Positions 60,201 to 64,000 of a stretch of 64,000 bases of DNA are shown here, piece after piece. The translations under genes were made by a program, and so were the position numbers. Location of the stretch: assembly GCA_004431415.1 (NCBI GenBank), contig QPMI01000145.1, forward strand, positions 1-64,000, given 5' to 3'. The notes beneath the pieces were generated by a model that was not told the DNA's origin, ran no database searches, and worked only from the letters and a program-made list of their open reading frames with translations. The stretch's first letter is position 1. Each line of letters opens with the position of its first letter. This DNA is from Cyanophora paradoxa CCMP329 (Eukaryota > Plantae > Glaucophyta).

Positions 60201-62437
60201 TGCAAGCTAAGCTTAATGCGGCTGCAAATTAGATTGCAATCGAGCTACAAGCTATGCTTGAGGCGGCTGCGAATCGGAGAGCGACGAGGTGGATAGGCTT
60301 AATTTGCTTGAAGGCGGCTGCAAAATTGTGCAAATTGGAGAGCGACGGCGTGGAAAGGTTCGTTTACTCACATCAGCCACTGCCAGCCGGAGGCCTTCAT
60401 CGAACCCGCCCAGAGCATCGACGCCGGGCTGGGTCCCACCTGCGCGGGAAGGGCATGCCGTAGTTCGTCATGATCATGATCAGATGCGCCCATCGTACGT
60501 AAACCGTTGAACGTTGGGAATTCGAGTCCGGATCATCCGGATCCGAAATAGAGCCTTGAAGCGAGCGAGCGCACCACGGAGACCTCCTGGCTGAGGATGG
60601 AGAGAGCGGGGATGTACCTGCGGGGTCCGGAGTGAGTGAGGCGGCTCGATGCTTGTGTGTTCCGCTAGAGCTGGCACGAGGCCCGAGGGGGTTGGGGCTT
60701 ACAGCGCTGCGAGCAAGCGCACGATCAGAGGCGAGAAGCTGATCGTAATCAAATGAGCGACGTCGACGCACCGGTCTGGAAGATGCGCGCCAGGATCCTC
60801 ACGACCCGAATGGGGAGGATCTGCACGTTGTTCCGCTGCGGAGAGGCGAAAGGTTAAGGTTACCAACAAGCTTAAGCTGCAATATAATTTCAAGGCAGTT
60901 TTAACACGAACCTGGAAAGAGTAGGCTGCGTGCCGGGGAAGGTACGGCGATTGAGGCTCAGCGGACGGAAAGCAAGCGCAAGATGCAGCGGTCGAAGTTT
61001 ACGCACTCGCGAAAGCCGCCATCCCGAGCATGAGTGCTGCAGAGGGACGTCGACGCCGTCTCATGATCAGCGGGTGCATGGGAAACATAACGGCCTCCAG
61101 CTTAGACCTCTTCAACCTTAACTGCACTGCGGGATTCTCAGGGCCGCGCACCGATCCCGGCGATGAGGATCCAGAAACTGAGGACGTAGACCGCCCATCC
61201 TCCTGCGCCGGCGGGAAAAAGGCATAAGCCCATAAGGCATAAGCCCAGGCTGTGCTGCAGCATGCGCAGAGCAGCGCTGGCCACAGATCCAGACAGCGGA
61301 CCGAAGATGCGGATCTGGAAGGCGGCGGAGATCTTCTGGATCCACGCGACGGACGCCCCGCTCCAGCCCTGCGCGCAGCAGCCCGGCCCGGCCCGCCGGG
61401 ACGCGTCAGTCTAAGTTTAGATCTTTCTATGCGGATCTCTCTAGATCTCTGCGTATCACTGGGTGCGGGACGGCCGGGGTCGGACCGTGTCGAGGGTGAG
61501 GCCGATGAGCTGGAAGAAGTCCGCTGCGGCCAGCACGAGAGGCAGCAGCACCAGGAACAGGAACGAGTTCTCCTGCGCGCGCATGCGGCGGCGGTTGCAT
61601 GCATTCAGCCCAATTATAACAGATAAAGAGTTGAGCTAATCAGCGGTCGCATGCAATCAGCTAAGCTAAGCTCTAAGCTAAGCTTCTTAGTGGAAATGCC
61701 GGCGCCACTGGTGGGGCGCTAAGCGACTATAGCTAGCGGTCGCATGCAACCATCTGAGCTTCGCTCGAGCTAAGCAGCCGAGCCAAGCTGCTTGAGGGCG
61801 ACGTCGACTGCAGGCTATGGGAAGCCAGGGGGGAGGGAGCCGGCGCATGCGCAGGGGCGCGAGGCAAAGCGCGGGGCGCCGGGGCGGGGCGGGGCATGGG
61901 GCGCGGGGCGCGCGGGCGCGCGGGCTGGGGCGGAGCCCGGACCTTGCCGTTCGCCGTGCGGTCGGTGAGAGCGAAGAGGAGGGCGTGGATCGAGCGCTCC
62001 ACGGCGTGAAGGCGGTGCTCGCCCTGCAGCTTGTGATTAGCTAAGTTTAAGCGGGAGGGATTGAGACAGATGGGGCTTTGGAGGAGCTAAGCTTATGATT
62101 AAGCTAAGCTTATGATAAGGAGGGATATACTATGCTAAGCATATGATTAGCTAAGCTTTTGGAGGGATTGAGCCTCGGGCCTCAGAGACAGATGGGGCGG
62201 CGCAGGCGGGCGGGAGCGCACGGCGGCGCCGGCGCCGCCGACGGCCGTGGTGGCCGCCTCGCTGAAGCCTCCGGCGACGCTCACGGCCCCCGCCATGCTC
62301 ATCACGCTGCGGCGGTGGCCCTGCACGGCCTGGCCCGCGGCCGGGCCGCTGGCGCCGTAGAGGCCGGGGGAAGCCGTCGTCTCGCCCGCACCGGTACCGT
62401 CGTGGCCGTGGCTGCGGCCAGCGGCCGCGGGCGCCAT
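51239..62437 (-). CDS. TmcB/TmcC-like (tiny macrocyst family) multipass membrane protein, many exons
   Basis: N-terminal ERSIHALLFALT and LAAADFFQLIGL, then TM exons. TPR-like block REAWALDPAFDIRFAL...QLRTLWKSL...QKYPQSKLLLREYG. TM followed by FVFQPAFKKV...LRRMPP. C-terminal FVFRSVIIRL...FVSMLPAQVIAQVPALHKY. Both ends and the 60.2-61.5 kb exon structure are approximate. Confidence 0.68.
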
Positions 62438-64000
62438 ATTTAGCCGGCCGCGCCCCGGGCGGCCCCCGGCCGGTGGTCGCGTGTGCCGGACGAGCGGATG
62501 AGGGCCGCGCGGGGCTTAGGCTGCTTAGCTAAGGAAGACCGCGATTGATCGAGCCTAGCTTTATAGCTAAAAAGGGCCTAGGCCTCTCGAGCAGCAAATG
62601 TGTCGCGGAGCCGCTCTGCCGCGCGCGGCCCCCGGCCGGGCCCCGGGGTCCAGCCCACGTGTACGCTACCGCCGGGTCCGCGGCAGCAGCTGACCGGGAG
62701 CGAACTGTGTAGCTGGCAGCTGCAGTCTGCACGCCTAGGGCCTGAGCTCAAGGGGCGTCCGATCCCGAAGGTAACCCCGTCGCTGCACCGTCCTGCACGC
62801 ACCAGGCGGACTCAGTGAGCGCGCGCCGCAGGCCCGCGCGCAGCGCCACCGCCGCTATAGCTACCGTAGCGCGTTCGTTCGGAGGCGCCGAGTGCGCGGC
62901 TCTGCGCGGCAGTGCGCCCCCCGCGGCCGACCCGCTAGCGCTGCAGGCTGCACTGGCTGTCTGCACAGCCCGCACTGCCGCTGCCGCAGTGCAGCTGCGC
63001 CGCGTCCGACGGTCAACTCCTGCGTAGGCCGCGTCTCTTAGTACCGGAGGCGAGCTCGGTTCAGCCTTCAGCGCTGAAGTCGACAAGCTGCTGTCACATC
63101 AGAAGCTGCGCGGGGGGTACAGAATGTGTGGTGCATTGTTTGACTTGCAGACTTAAGTTGCAGTTACTTGAACTTACGTCATGAATCAGTGAGAACGATT
63201 CAAGCCCTCTGCGGCGGAGATCTAGAATCACTTGAATCTTTAATTTTTTTTGAGAGACTGCTTCTGCACGACGCTAGCGCTGCACGCGTGCGACGGTGCG
63301 AGGGGCGAGCTCGAGCGGCCGCGATCGCGATCGCGAGCCGGCGCCCCCCTGTGGCCGGCCGGGCCGGGGCCCCGGCCGCGGGGGCCGGCCCGGCCGGGGG
63401 CCCCGGCCGCGGGGCCGGGGCCCGGGGGGGTGGGGTGAGGGGGGGAAGGCGTGTGGGGTGGGTGCCACTGGGTGGGTGGGGAGGGGGCCCCGGCCCCCGA
63501 GGCCCCCCCAAAAGGGAAGGCTTTTATACGTGCCGTCCGGCTGCAGTGTTTCAATGAACGGCGCCGGCGTGTCGGCGGCGGCAGGCGAGGGGGGCAAACG
63601 AGTCACTGGCCCAAAGAATCACCGGCCGCCCCCGGCGAGCTCTTTCATATGCATGCCCACTCCATTTGTCAAACTCGCGCGAAAGCTCTGGGCCCGGGGG
63701 GCCGCGCAATGGCATCCGAGGCTCACACGTCTCCGGGGGGCCGCCGCCGGGGCGAGCTCGGCGGCCCCTCGATCCGGGGGACCGCCGAGGGCCTCACATG
63801 TCGAAGAGCTCTTGGGAGGGGTCCATGTCTGCCCGGCCCGGCCGCCCCGCCGGCGCGTCAGATCGGGACAGCGCAGGCCCGGGCCCCGCGCGCGCCCCGA
63901 CCCGACCCGAGCTCCATCCATCGAGCGGCCCGGCGATCTATGTCTATCCTTTCGCCTCTATTTATGGTTTTCTCGCCTCGAGGTCCGACCCTCGGGGCGC

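Noticed and set aside
62529-64000. Possible gene or element at the right edge
   Set aside because: Only short low-complexity ORFs with no recognisable domain or consistent exon chain, so no call can be supported.
1-64000. tRNA, rRNA or snRNA genes; species assignment
   Set aside because: No RNA gene was recognised by eye. The style would fit a glaucophyte-like GC-rich alga, but the window has no marker gene to support a name.

Overview
This is GC-rich eukaryotic nuclear DNA from a protist or alga with many short spliceosomal introns, several of them GC-AG. The organism cannot be identified from the window. Positions 1-14967 hold the 5' part of a very large minus-strand Ty3/gypsy-type LTR retrotransposon. 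It has a candidate 5' LTR ending at 14967, a gag region with two CCHC zinc knuckles (about 12.5 kb), about 11 kb of continuous coding sequence of unknown function, then the aspartic protease (DTG at about 1340), a dUTPase-like spacer and the pre-RT linker at the left edge. The frame breaks are mostly -1 shifts, and the three I examined fall in G/C homopolymers, so this may be one polyprotein of more than 4700 codons before RT even starts. This is the best candidate for an undescribed system. The rest of the window is host DNA: an F-box/LRR gene, an IQ-motif gene, a 16.5-kb gene with about 32 FN3 domains (including ten near-identical 604-bp exon+intron units) fused to a TRP-like/Flc-Pkd2-type membrane domain, an EF-hand gene, two MITEs, a MED1-like gene, a RING-H2 ligase and a TmcB/TmcC-like multipass gene. 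Exon structures were traced by eye and are approximate. No database search was run.
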